A DNA stretch of 64,000 bases from Macrostomum lignano (taxonomy: Eukaryota), in the NCBI GenBank assembly GCA_002269645.1, contig NIVC01003458.1, positions 32,780-96,779 of the forward strand, read 5' to 3'. The notes under the pieces are model-generated. The model worked only from the letters and a program-made list of their open reading frames with translations. It was not told the DNA's origin and ran no database searches. The position numbers and the translations under genes are program-made. Shown piece after piece: positions 1 to 14,569 of this stretch; the first letter of the stretch is position 1, and each line of letters opens with the position of its first letter.

Positions 1-980
1 ATCCCACCAGTTCCTTTCCGCGCTTCTCTTCCCAGCTGGCTCTTCGGAGACAAAGCCTTTTGAGAGAGAGTCGCAATTGCTTTCAGAAGCCGCTCTCACC
101 ACCAAGTTACTGTGCTGACTCCGCGAGATTTGCGCTACCGCCGGTGCGATCTGTCTAGAGGTGAGCCACACAGAGTCACTGTTTGCATTTAATAAATTTT
201 AATTAAATAAGCTTTGCTGTCCGTTTGGGTGGTCTCGAATATAGACAATCTTCTAGCGATGAAAGTTTGCTGATATCCGCCAGCATTTCAAAGCAGTGTT
301 CTCAAATTAGCAGAAAATTTTGTCGATTAAAATGCCTTTCATATCCACCCATAGGCTGACTGCTGTTTACCGCATGGCTGCACCCAATAGTGCAGCTCTT
401 TGGAAGCAATCGATGCTATTTTGTAGTCTCCATCCCCCAGTAGTTGCCATGTGCAGCCGACAGCTTTGCACAGGGTTGGCGGGAGCATGGAGAAGGTACT
501 CGCAGACTGCGGTGAACCCTAGCTTTATCTGACGCGAGATGCCAATCCAGTTGATGAGAAAGCCCGTTGTTATATTATCGCGCGCAAACCATGGAGACAC
601 AGATAGCCGGGTATTGGCAAACGACTGCGCGAATGAATGTTGTCACTGAGAGCGCGGGAGTTATGCTTATTAGATGAGGAGCGCTCACTGCTCTGCTCTA
701 GGGAGTAGCTAAATTCTTTCTTCATCCTCCCATCCCAGTTTCCGTCAATTTTATTCTTTTTGTCTACTCAGCCAGCACTGCTCATCTACTGTAAAATGTT
801 ATTGTATATATTGCCTATAAGTTTTATTGCCTTCGACTGGGCAATTCAAGTGCCGCATCTGGGTAGCAGCTACAGTCGTGAACTTTTATTCATGACTCTA
901 TTTCAGTCATGGACAGCTGAAGCAGAGGGCCGCTGCGCTCGCAAACCGTGCAGATTTCGCTGCGAACTGCACTGGCGAGG

Positions 981-1096
981 TGGGAAGTTTCCAGTTCTTC
1001 AGCACTGAATTCCCAATTTCTCACCTGCTGGACTTCCGAATTGCAGATGCAGCCAGCAGGTGTTTTGTCAGAGCTGCGCTCAAAAGTTTATCAAGC
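981..1096 (+). repeat. Dispersed repeat copy (matches 26892..27007)
   Basis: TGGGAAGTTT..CAGCACTGAATTCCCAATTTCTCACCTGCTGGACTTCC..CAAAAGTTTATCA is present at both loci in the same orientation with a few substitutions. Confidence 0.85.
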
Positions 1097-2166
1097 TGCT
1101 TTTTCATGAACTGCTGCCGGAGACCGGCAAGCAAGCAAAGTTGCGGCGAGATTGCAGCTGCTCCTGTCTCTGCAGTGTTTTGTCTGGACGGATTTGTCTA
1201 TGGCCAAACCCCAGTCAGCGCTGCGCAGAACTGCAAATCTTTGCGGAATCATTTTAGAAACACAGCAAAAATGCTTTTTAAACTTTTCTCCACCAACTTG
1301 TGAGCGCAGCTCGGACAAAACACTGACTTTCGGACAGTTCGGACAGTGACTTATTGGGAATTCAGTGCTGAAAATACTGAAAACCGGCAGCCTCCTGCCG
1401 ACGGTGTCGACATTCTGCTCAGTTTGTACATGATTTCAGCAAAAGTATAGACAAGTCAAACTTCATCAAGCTTCATTATTCTAGTTAAAAAATTCTATGT
1501 TTGTAAAATTATTAGAAAGGTATATTATTATATCTACGAGCTATTCACCATTACCCAGAAATTTCCAATACAGAATTAAAGCGCACCCCATCACAGCTTA
1601 GATTATCAAAGCCATAAACCAGCCTGCTAAACGATGAGGACTGCGAGACTGATGGGACCTGTCCAAAGTGCCATCCATGTTGGGGTAGAAAGTGAAGTTC
1701 AATTCCTGTTCAAGTGCAGCTGGAACTTTTAGAGTGCTCTCTGTGCTAAATTTGACCAGGAAATCTCGGATTAATTGAGAATAAAAAAGCTGTCTACAGT
1801 GGATAAAGTATTTTACCTAATGATTCAAGAAGATTAGAGAACATAATGGGAATTCTAGCAAAATTTATCAAAGAGATGATAACCAGCTAGAATTCAACCC
1901 CTGAGTCTTCATATGTTTTTTATTCATTAAATTTTCTCTTTCTTTTTTTGGTATATAAATTAATTCGCCTCAAATGATATTATAAAATATACAAATCAAC
2001 TCTCTCTCAGAGTGTGCGTTTTCTAATAATAATAACAGTATTATTAGTAGCAATATCGATGGACTTATAAATATAGTTAATGTAGACGGGTTGCTTTCAC
2101 CAAAGCGAAACTTCACAACCGCTAAAAAGACATGCCTGCCGTTCATGAAAGTGAGTGCAAAATTTT

Positions 2167-2612
2167 CAGCGTTTGTGAAGTTTCGCGGTTGTGCAGTTTC
2201 GCGATTGTGAAGTTCCGCGGTTGTGAAGTTTCGCGGTTGTGAAGTTTCGCGGTTGTGAAGTTTCGCGTTTGTGAATTTTTGCGGTTGTGAAGTTTCGCGT
2301 TTGTGAATTTTCGCGGTTGTGAAGTTCCGCGGTTGTGAAGTTTCGCGGTTGTGTAGTTTCGCGGTTGTGAAGTTTCGCGGTTGTGAAGTTTCGCGGTTGT
2401 GAAGTTTCGCGTTTGTGAATTTTCGCGGTTGTGAAGTTCCGCGGTTGTGAAGTTTCGCGTTTGTGAAGTTTCGCGGTTGTGAAGTTTCGCGTTTGTGAAG
2501 TTTCGTGGTTGTGAAGTTCCGCGGTTGTGAAGTTTCGCGTTTGTGAAGTTTCGCGGTTGTGAAGTTTCGCGTTTGTGAAGTTTCGTGGTTGTGAAGTTCC
2601 GCGGTTGTGAAA
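2167..2612. repeat. 16-bp minisatellite (TTGTGAAGTTTCGCGG)n
   Basis: Direct reading; gives 16-aa periodic ORFs. Confidence 0.95.
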
Positions 2613-3554
2613 CCCACTCCTTCAAATAATCTAGCTTAATAGACTTAGTAGCCTATAGTACAGTACAGCTACTCAACTAGTGTCCTGTGCTCAGTTGAGA
2701 TGCAATTTTGCCGATTCTCACGCTCTAGACACGCATCAGGTGACCGATTTAAATAAACTAGTTTCTAAGAAAGCGTGTCTGCGCATCAGCTTCAACAAAT
2801 TTAGGTTGGAATGCACCGCCGCTGACCTCGAAATTGACGAAAAGTACAATGATTGGTTGCTATGATTGACTCCGGATTGTATGATAGTGCAACTAGTGAG
2901 CTGCTTCCGTCACTGTCTTGAAAAACGTCTCTCCTAGCAACAGCATCTGCCTGCCCCAACATTAGTTTCCAATATTGAGCAGGTGTTTTCCCCCGCTAAT
3001 CCGTGTGTCATCCTGCAACCAGTGGCATCCGGCATGGATTCCTGCAGGACATCTGTCACGGCTCACAAATCTGTCTGTGTGCTCAGGGCACCGGCGCTCT
3101 GTTTGTTGTGTGCTGAAATAATGCAAAACACACACAGACACAGGCACACACAAAGCCAATTTGAGTAAATGCAAATTGGGAGAAAAAGGCCCAATACCAA
3201 TATATTGGGGACCTAAGACCGAAGATAATGCCAGGAAAAACTAGCAGGCTAAAGAATTGGGAGGGAAGAGAACAGCTCAACTTTGAGCTGAGTTCTTTTC
3301 AGTTCTTCCCGGCTGAATCGTATCAGATGCCGAGAATTTTTGTGGCTGGGGTTGTGGAGTGAGTTCAGCAACTATGCATCCTTGTGTACTCAGCCGTGTG
3401 AGCCAGAGCAATATGATTTTTTTATTTTTAGTGTAGCAGAAAAAATGCAATACAGTTGAAGGAGTCGCAGTTCCCTTAGCTTTGCTCCGCAGTGCAAATA
3501 CTGATAATTACTGAGGACTGTGGTGCGCTGAAGGATAAAGTGCTCAAGTTTATG

Positions 3555-4197
3555 AGTCCACGATTTCATGAGTGAATTCATGAGTTTATGATTTAAGTTT
3601 ATGAGTGATTTTGAGTAAGTTCATGAGCTTAGTCCATGATTTGAATTCATGAGTGAGTTCATCAGTGAGTTCATCAGTGAGTTCATCAGGGAGTCCATCA
3701 GTGAGTTCATCAGGGAGTTCAGGATTTGAGTCAATTATTTGAGTTCATGAGTGAGTTAATGAGTGACTTTATGAGTGAGTTCATGAGTGAGTTCATGAGT
3801 GAGTTCATGAGTGAGTTCATGAATGAGTTCATGAGTGAGTTCATGAGTGAGTTCATGAATGAGTTCATGAGTGAGTTCATGAGTGAGTTCATGAGTGAGT
3901 TCATGAGTGAGTTCATGAGTGAGTTCATGAGTGAGTTCATGAGTGAGTTCATGAGTGAGTTCATGAGTGATTTCATGAGTGAGTTCATGAGTGAGCTCAT
4001 GAGTGAGCTCATGAGTGAGTTCATGAGTGAGTTCATGAGTGAGTTCATGAGTGAGTTCATGAGTGATTTCATGAATGAGTTCATGAGTGAGTTCATGAGT
4101 GAGCTCATGAGTGAGTTCATGAGTGAGTTCATGAGTGATTTCATGAGTGAGTTCATGAGTGAGCTCATGAGTGATTTCATGAGTGAGTTTATGAGCG
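3555..4197. repeat. 12-bp minisatellite (GAGTTCATGAGT)n
   Basis: Direct reading; degenerate left end. Confidence 0.95.
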
Positions 4198-5229
4198 AGC
4201 AAACCGGTGTTTCATTCGGCTGAATTGAAGCGAAGAGCAAAAGCCCTTGTCAACTCAAGATCTCGTCAGTCGCCGAATCTGGAACTCAATCAGTCGGGAT
4301 GCTTTTAAAGCTTTATTTCTCCTTGCATCCTTGAGAAGGATTCCCCTTTAAAGCATTGCTTGATTTCTGATTTTTGAAGCATCTTATCGGCTGCTGAATC
4401 AGGAATCTGAAATTCGATGCCCTATTTTGCTGCTCGACATCAACTACAAGGAAAAATCTGTTGTTCTAGATTGATGTCTACGTCTGCCACACCCAGTTCG
4501 GGTCCCGCGGAGTCGCAGCTGAATATCAAAGCTGGACAAATAAACAGCTTGGAAAGTTGCGCGCCAGACAAACTTGAAGGCAGCTGGGGGACCCGTCAAT
4601 TTGACCCCCCCCTTCCCTCGTCAGAGAGTTCGGCTCAGGAATTTCTTGAGAGCGGATCGCCCTCCCCTCAATCAGGGCCGCTGAAACTGCATGGACGAGG
4701 AGTGATAGTGGCCTAATGATCGCTGGGGAATCCACTGCCTGCACGGGGGTACCGCAGACTGAAGACCAATACGAGCGTAGAGGATAGAGGGAGAGGGAGA
4801 GAGAGAGAGAGAGAGAGATGGGGAGAGAGACGGAGGCGACCTTGGTGCTCCGCATCTCGGGTCGCAATGACAGATGAATTTGCATTTTTCCAAGGCATTT
4901 TGGCCTCTTCAACCTCCTCACGGCTGCCTCAAAGCAGGGCAATTGCAATGATTGCACTCCTCTCTTGCTCTTCGTTCTTTTCTTTCTTCTGCCTTCTGCT
5001 TCGTTCTATATATAGGGGTGCAGCACTCGAAGTCGAACATTTCCCGCTGATCTTTCTGAGCTCCCCCCATCCACCTCTCCTGGGATCTTGTAAGATCTGC
5101 AGCTAAATCTGGAATGCCGCTGCTTCAATACCGAAGCTGCAGGATTGATCAAAACCGCTGCTACTATGATAGAAAAATTACAGGGCCCTGCGTGTTGCAT
5201 GGCGTCATAAAATCAGGTTTAAAACAGTT

Positions 5230-5299
5230 CAGGGGCGTAGTCATGGGTGTGGGCCCCATAAGTTCATTGCGCCCCGCTGCAGCGGCTTTGACGCCCCTG
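5230..5299. mobile_element. 70-bp MITE-like element with 9-bp TIR CAGGGGCGT...ACGCCCCTG
   Basis: Perfect 9-bp terminal inverted repeat; second copy at 7825..7894. No TSD seen. Confidence 0.55.
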
Positions 5300-5729
5300 G
5301 TGCTGAAGCCTCTGGTGATAAAGCCCTTGGTGCTAAAGCCCCTGGTGCTGAAGCCTCTGGTGATAAAGCCCTTGGTGCTAAAGCCCTTGGTCCTAAAGCC
5401 ACTGGTGCTAAAGCCCCTGGTGCTAAAGCCCCTGGTGCTAAAGCCCCTGGTGCTAAAGCCACTGGTCCTAAAGCCACTGGTCCTAACGCCCCTGGTCCTA
5501 AAGCCCCTGGTCCTAAAGCCACTGGTCCTAAAGCCCCTGGTCCTAAAGCCACTGGTCCTAAAGCCACTGGTGCTAAAGCCCCTGGTGCTAAAGCCCCTGG
5601 TGCTAAAGCCCCTGGTGCTGAAGCCTCTGGTGCTAAAGTCCCTAGTGCTAAAGTCCCTGGTGATAAAGCCCTTGGTGCTAAAGCCCCTGGTCCTAAAGCC
5701 CCTGGTGCTAAAGCCCCTGGTGCTAAAGC
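5292..5729. repeat. 15-bp minisatellite (GCCCCTGGTGCTAAA)n
   Basis: Direct reading; starts within the right TIR of the MITE-like element. Confidence 0.95.
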
Positions 5730-5922
5730 GCTATCGCGAGAAAACACTCGCAACTAAACTAATCTTCAGCGCACGGACAATCAGATCAATTTCTTCTTTA
5801 AAGTAGTAGATCGTCCCCGAACATTTCAAGGTGAGCCTGCAGTGGATACCAGCCGTCCCCTACGAGCCGAAGCGAGTGAATCAAACCAATCTAAGCTGCT
5901 TGTCTCCGGCTCGCCTGCCTGA

Positions 5923-6381
5923 ATGACAGAGGCAGATCGAACTGTGCTGCTGCGGGCTCTGCGGGATCTTCGCAATGGCGCCCAGAACGCTTCCAGGGCC
6001 GCCGCCGGTGCTGCGGCTGCTGGCGCCGCAGCTTCGAGTGCCGGCGGCTCCGCCAGTCCAACCGGGGCCGCAGCCGCCGCAGCCGCCGTTGCTGCCGACT
6101 GGCTTCTCAACGGCACATCGTCGTCGTCGTCAGTCGGCAATTCTAGTCACCATGGCAACGGCACCGACGAGTTCGATGAAAAAACTGCGATGGAGAATCG
6201 GTACTGGGTGCTGATCATGTTCCTGGTGCCGGTGTTCACCATCTTTGGCAACATCCTGGTGGTGCTGGCTGTGTACAGAGAGCGAGGACTGCAGAGCGTC
6301 ACCAATTATTTCATTGTGTCGCTGGCGTTTGCCGACATCCTGGTGGCTGCGATCGTCATGCCAGTGTCTGTTTATGTAGAG
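5923..6381 (+). CDS. DRD2: D2-like dopamine receptor exon 1 (N-terminus, TM1-TM2)
   Basis: ATG at 5923 directly follows an in-frame TGA. Ala/Ser-rich N-terminus with N-glycosylation sequons (NAS, NGT, NSS, NGT), then [54 protein letters not shown]. Donor GAG|GTGAGG at 6382. Confidence 0.92.
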
Positions 6382-6434
6382 GTGAGGCCGATGAAGTCCC
6401 GTTCTCTACATTATGATATTCTATTTTATGTCCA

Positions 6435-6457
6435 TAGATAGATAGATGGATAGATAT

Positions 6458-6509
<52 letters not shown>

Positions 6510-6515
6510 TAGATA
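6435..6515. repeat. (GATA)n microsatellite
   Basis: Direct reading. Confidence 0.95.
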
Positions 6516-6773
6516 GCGAGAAAGAGCGAGCGAAGCGAGCTCTTTCGAGCTTGCTTGCCGCAGCCAATCAAGCTGAATGCACGCACACAAGATCACCGGA
6601 AACGATTAAGGCAGCTGGAAAGCCAATGGGCGCGGTAAGCGCTTTTATCCAGAGGAACTACCTGCTGGAACCAGCCTGCCGTTCGAAAATCAGACTACTC
6701 AAGTAGTGCAAAAGAGTGCGAGCAACTACCGAGAAATCTAATTTTCGTAACCGCTCCGGTGCAGCTCCTGGCA

Positions 6774-7802
<1,029 letters not shown>

Positions 7803-7824
7803 TAAAATCAGGTTTAAAACAGTT

Positions 7825-8010
7825 CAGGGGCGTAGTCATGGGTGTGGGCCCCATAAGTTTATTGCGCCTCGCTGCAGCGGCTTTGGCGCCCCTGGTGCTA
7901 AAGCCCCTGGTGCTAAAGCCCCTGGTGCTAAAGCCCCTGGTGCTAAAGCCCCTGGTGCTAAAGCCCCTGGTGCTAAAGCCCCTGGTGCTAAAGCCCCTGG
8001 TGCTAAAGCC
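7825..8010. mobile_element. Second copy of the MITE-like element plus 15-bp array
   Basis: Near-identical to 5230..5299, including the 23-bp left flank ATAAAATCAGGTTTAAAACAGTT, followed by ~8 copies of the 15-mer. Confidence 0.6.
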
Positions 8011-8397
<387 letters not shown>

Positions 8398-8947
8398 GCC
8401 AGTGCCCACTCGGTAAGCAAATTATCATTATCCACGCGAATCTTTCAAGTGCGTTTTGCAAGCCCCGGTATGGGAGCGGTTGGGCAGGGCAGGATTCACT
8501 CGAATCGAGTCACAACAAGCGATGAGGCCTAGGGGTGAGTTGCCAGACACGTCTCCGAGTTTCTTTTGGCTAAGCCGATTATCCAAGCGTGGACATTTCT
8601 GATCGTGGAATCCTTTGGCAACAACGAAGGTTGAAAACACAAACGGCACAGGAGAGGGGAGGTTTGGGGAAAGAGGAATAGAAGAGGAAGGCTTGGAGCT
8701 ATCAACTAGTTTCAGCTCCTAAGGAGAAGTTTCTGAGGGTAAGCGAGACGTCACGGGGCGAGAATTGAGATGCTGGGGAATTCGCTGGCTCCCCAATTCT
8801 CAGTAAATTATTGCTTCCGAACTGAATGGCAGACAGCGGACCACAGTTAGCTGGGTGAGTCTGTCTGGCTACTTAATGCTTTATTTGGATCAGCAGTCTT
8901 ATAAATTCTGAGAGTCTCTAGCACCAAATAGTCAGCTGACTGAGAAA

Positions 8948-10865
8948 GATGGATTGCTAATCTATGACGTGTGGGTTAGGAATATAATGGATTGCTAATC
9001 TATGGCGTGTGGGTTAGGAATAGAATGGATTGCTAATCTATGGCGTGTGGGTTAGGAATATAATGGATTGCTAATCTATGGCGTGTGGGTTAGGAATAGA
9101 ATGGATTGCTAATCTATGGCGTGTGGGTTAGGAATGGAATGGATTGCTAATCTATGGCATGTGGGTTAGGAATAGAATGGATTGCTAATCTATGGCATGT
9201 GGGTTAGGAATAGAATGAATTGCTAATCTATGGCGTGTGGGTTAGGAATAGAATGGATTGCTAATCTATGGCATGTGGGTTAGGAATAGAATGGATTGCT
9301 AATCTATGGCGTGTGGGTTAGGAATGGAATGGATTGCTAATCTATGGCATGTGGGTTAGGAATAGAATGGATTGCTAATCTATGGCGTGTGGGTTAGGAA
9401 TAGAATGGATTGCTAATCTATGGCATGTGGGTTAGGAATAGAATGGATTGCTAATCTATGGCATGTGGGTTAGGAATAGAATGGATTGCTAATCTATGGC
9501 ATGTGGGTTAGGAATAGAATGGATTGCTAATCTATGGCGTGTGGGTTAGGAATAGAATGGATTGCTAATCTATGGCATGTGGGTTAGGAATAGAATGGAT
9601 TGCTAATCTATGGCGTGTGGGTTAGGAATAGAATGGACTGCTAATCTATGGCATGTGGGTTAGGAATAGAATGGATTGCTAATCTATGGCGTGTGGGTTA
9701 GGAATAGAATGGATTGCTAATCTATGGCATGTGGGTTAGGAATAGAATGGATTGCTAATCTATGGCATGTGGGTTAGGAATGGAATGGATTGCTAATCTA
9801 TGGCATGTGGGTTAGGAATAGAATGGATTGCTAATCTATGGCATGTGGGTTAGGAATGGAATGGATTGCTAATCTATGGCATGTGGGTTAGGAATAGAAT
9901 GGATTGCTAATCTATGGCATGTGGGTTAGGAATAGAATGGATTGCTAATCTATGGCATGTGGGTTAGGAATGGAATGGATTGCTAATCTATGGCATGTGG
10001 GTTAGGAATGGAATGGATTGCTAATCTATGGCATGTGGGTTAGGAATAGAATGGATTGCTAATCTATGGCGTGTGGGTTAGGAATAGAATGGATTGCTAA
10101 TCTATGGCGTGTGGGTTAGGAATAGAATGGATTGCTAATCTATGGCATGTGGGTTAGGAATAGAATGGATTGCTAATCTATGGCATGTGGGTTAGGAATA
10201 GAATGGATTGCTAATCTATGGCATGTGGGTTAGGAATAGAATGGATTGCTAATCTATGGCATGTGGGTTAGGAATAGAATGGATTGCTAATCTATGGCGT
10301 GTGGGTTAGGAATAGAATGGATTGCTAATCTATGGCGTGTGGGTTAGGAATAGAATGGATTGCTAATCTATGGCGTGTGGGTTAGGAATAGAATGGATTG
10401 CTAATCTATGGCATGTGGGTTAGGAATAGAATGGATTGCTAATCTATGGCATGTGGGTTAGGAATAGAATGGATTGCTAATCTATGGCATGTGGGTTAGG
10501 AATAGAATGGATTGCTAATCTATGGCATGTGGGTTAGGAATAGAATGGATTGCTAATCTATGGCATGTGGGTTAGGAATAGAATGGATTGCTAATCTATG
10601 GCGTGTGGGTTAGGAATAGAATGGATTGCTAATCTATGGCATGTGGGTTAGGAATAGAATGGATTGCTAATCTATGGCATGTGGGTTAGGAATAGAATGG
10701 ATTGCTAATCTATGGCATGTGGGTTAGGAATAGAATGGATTGTTAATCTATGGCATGTGGGTTAGGAATAGAATGGATTGCTAATCTATGGCATGTGGGT
10801 TAGGAATAGAATGGATTGCTAATCTATGGCGTGTGGGTTAGGAATAGAATGGATTGCTAATCTAT
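8948..10865. repeat. 38-bp minisatellite (GGATTGCTAATCTATGGCRTGTGGGTTAGGAATAGAAT)n, ~50 copies
   Basis: Direct reading. Confidence 0.97.
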
Positions 10866-11340
10866 TTCAATAGGACAGAAACTGCCAAATAGTTTAGGAG
10901 ATGGGAGAGATCATCTGTCAGTGGGAATCGAGCAGTTCGGAAAGTTTTGCAAAACAAAATCCGAAAAGCTGAGTTGGCGCTAGTCCAGTTACGAGTAATT
11001 ATAAATTCGAAAAGTCCGAGACACAATCGAGTTTTCTGTATCGAATAGCAGAATTCAATTTGTTAGTTTGCCTCGGCCTCGAAATCAATGTTTTTTTGGG
11101 CTGTCATGTAGATTGAGGACTTTTTCTAGCCTGAGAAGTCCGAGGTCTTAGCTGAGAGAGTCCTATTATTGGGTACACTATCAGTCACCCTCCGTATTGG
11201 ACTTTGTGCAAGCAAACCACTCGTACTATTGCAGTTATATAGTTCAGCCTTTTTTCCTTGGCGCGTCGTCACATTCTCTAAGAGGAGTAAGAAGACTTCA
11301 GTCAGAGAGAAATTAAATTTTTACTCAGGTGCAGACGTTC

Positions 11341-11346
<6 letters not shown>

Positions 11347-11411
<65 letters not shown>
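11347..11411. repeat. (GA)n microsatellite
   Basis: Direct reading. Confidence 0.95.
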
Positions 11412-11412
<1 letters not shown>

Positions 11413-12183
11413 GGTTGGCAGATATTGGAAAATAAGAAATCAGCGGCTGAGAAGGATAGAAAGCGCTGGTCGGGGGTGCTCAAGCAATAAGGCGGCCGAG
11501 GTTCCCCGCTGTGCCCCTGGCGCCAGACGTATAAAGAGAAGGGAGAGCCCTGAACGAGTTTGCTGATACACAAGAGAAAGAGAGGCCAAGATGGATACAG
11601 CAGCGGGGGCAGATCGAGATGCCTGCTTCCCCGCTTTCTGAAAAGGGAGTTTCTTCTTTTTGAACGCCGGGTCTGCTGCTGGACTCCCCGCCACTCCTGC
11701 CGGTTCTTTGACGCCAGCTTCCGCCTAGGGACCGGGTGCGGGGTCAGCAGTCCACACCGCAGCAAACCTGGACTGGAGGGAGAGAAAGAGAGAGAGAGGG
11801 AGAGAGAGACGTATTAAAAGAACTTTGGCGAGAACCACGCAACCAAAACTTCTATGGAGTTGTCCGCATAGCCGCAGTGTGTTGTCACTGCATTCTACGA
11901 AATCAAAGGGTTGCCAGGTGCCTGCCGCTTTTGCCACTACCGCTGCGCAGATGTCGGCGATTCTGATTGCTCAAAAAAATTAATAGTAAAGAAATCTTTC
12001 TTTAGAGTTGGGGCAGCAGCTCAAGGGCAGCCTTCTATAACACAATCTCTGGTGCTAGCTCGTGTTCTGTCACTATACGCCAATGACCGCTTTCTAAATT
12101 ACTGGTGCTCTCGCTTGAAAGGGAGTTGAATATTTCACAGTACTGATAGATTGCATGCCATCTCCGGTGCAAATTAATTACCT

Positions 12184-13762
12184 ATAGAATGGACTGCTAA
12201 TCTATAGTCTGTGAATATAAGGATTAGAATGGACTGCTAATCTATAGTCTGTGAATATAAGGATTAGAATGGACTGCTAATCTATAGTCTATGAATATAA
12301 GGATTAGAATGGACTGCTAATCTATAGTCTATGAATATAAGGATTAGAATGGATTGCTAATCTATAGTCTGTGAATATGAGGATTAGAATGGATTGCTAA
12401 TCTATAGTCTGTGAATATAAGGATTAGAATGGATTGCTAATGTATAGTCTATGAATATGAGGATTAAAATGGATAGCTAATCTATAGTCTATGAATATAA
12501 GGATTAGAATGGACTGCTAATCTATAGTCTATGAATATAAGGATTAGAATGGACTGCTAATCTATAGTCTGTGAATATAAGGATTAGAATGGATTGCTAA
12601 TCTATAGTCTATGAATATAAGGATTAGAATGGACTGCTAATCTATAGTCTATGAATATAAGGATTAGAATGGACTGCTAATCTATAGTCTATGAATATAA
12701 GGATTAGAATGGACTGCTAATCTATAGTCTATGAATATAAGGATTAGAATGGACTGCTAATCTATAGTCTATGAATATAAGGATTAGAATGGATTGCTAA
12801 TCTATAGTCTATGAATATAAGGATTACAATGGACTGCTAATCTATAGTCTATGAATATAAGGATTAGAATGGACTGCTAATCTATAGTCTATGAATATAA
12901 GGATTAGAATGGACTGCTAATCTATAGTCTATGAATATAAGGATTAGAATGGACTGCTAATCTATAGTCTATGAATATAAGGATTAGAATGGATTGCTAA
13001 TCTATAGTCTGTGAATATGAGGATTAGAATGGATTGCTAATCTATAGTCTGTGAATATAAGGATTAGAATGGATTGCTAATGTATAGTCTATGAATATGA
13101 GGATTAAAATGGATTGCTAATCTATAGTCTATGAATATAAGGATTAGAATGGACTGCTAATCTATAGTCTGTGAATATGAGGATTAGAATGGATTGCTAA
13201 TCTATAGTCTGTGAATATAAGGATTAGAATGGACTGCTAATCTATAGTCTATGAATATGAGGATTAAAATGGATTGCTAATCTATAGTCTGTGAATATAA
13301 GGATTAGAATGGATTGCTAATCTATAGTCTATGAATATGAGGATTAAAATGGATTGCTAATCTATAGTCTATGAATATGAGGATTAAAATGGATTGCTAA
13401 TCTATAGTCTATGAATATGAGGATTAAAATGGATTGCTAATCTATAGTCTATAGATAAGGATTAGAATGGATTGCTAATCTATAGTCTGTGAATATAAGG
13501 ATTAGAATGGATTGCTAATGTATAGTCTATGAATATAAGGATTAGAATGGATTGCTAATCTATAGTCTATAGATAAGGATTAGAATGGATTGCTAATCTA
13601 TAGTCTATGAATATGAGGATTAAAATGGATTGCTAATCTATAGTCTATAAATATGAGGATTAAGATGGATTGCTAATCTATAGTCTATAAATATGAGGAT
13701 TAGAATAAATTGCTAACTTATAGTCATTGAAATATTAGGATTAGAATGGATTGCTAATCTAT
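12184..13762. repeat. 40-bp minisatellite (GGAYTGCTAATCTATAGTCTRTGAATATAAGGATTAGAAT)n, ~39 copies
   Basis: Direct reading. Confidence 0.97.
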
Positions 13763-14569
13763 GACTAAGAGTGCATGGAGCCATGCATAAGTCCGCAAGA
13801 CTTTACCCAGTCCCAAAGTCTGAAAGGCGCACACTGAATTGCTGTAACAATGCAGTATTGCTCAGCCTCACAACTACTGTATTTCAGCTGCATGATACAT
13901 CTGTCTTGTTAAGTCAACAATAGTAGCCCCTTGTTCGGTAAATGCATTCCTGCAGCCCTCGGAGTCGCAGCCTCCTTGTCAAAAAAAATTCACCTCCGTC
14001 TGTCGCCGCCCCCCCCCCACCCTCCACACGACCCGCGGCGGTGCCCACCATTAATTTTTTGCTCCAAGCTTGTTCGTGCTTGCTTGGGGATGAATAATTG
14101 AGCAAAGGAAAAGTTTGCACGGAGCCTGCAATCAGCCCCGGTGGGTGGGGGTGTGCGAGGGAGAAAAGAATTGTAAGGACGCTGTGGCGCCACCGCAGTG
14201 TGGCCCTGCTCCGCTCCCACTTAATCTTGATTGCCTATCGGTTGTTCTCCTGTGAGCTGGTCCCGCTACACCCCAACCCCCGGAAACTGACGTCTCTAAA
14301 GCCCACGCAAGACTGTCTGTTGCTCCCAAACGGAGCTCAACGTCCATCTCTGTCTCTCATGCGCTCACAAAACGTATACCTTGACAGAAATTCACCGACA
14401 CTCAGTCTGGGGAGTGCCAGAGCTTCACCTGTCAATTCGGTTATGGGGGAAGGGCTGGCACAATGATTTATGGCGCCAGCGGGATGAAATGACGACAATC
14501 TGATCGGCTGGTTGTGCATTTAATTAACCTGCGTGGGTGGCAACTAGATGACTTTCTTAGCAAATGCCG

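Noticed and set aside
1-260. Possible LTR end (AATAAA near 190, …ACA near 246)
   Set aside because: No PBS, second LTR or gag/pol sequence is visible; the evidence is insufficient.
11411-11966. GC-rich island with short ORFs and a TATA-like motif in receptor intron 1
   Set aside because: No consistent reading frame, splice pair or recognisable motif; it may be regulatory or a repeat, but I cannot support a call.
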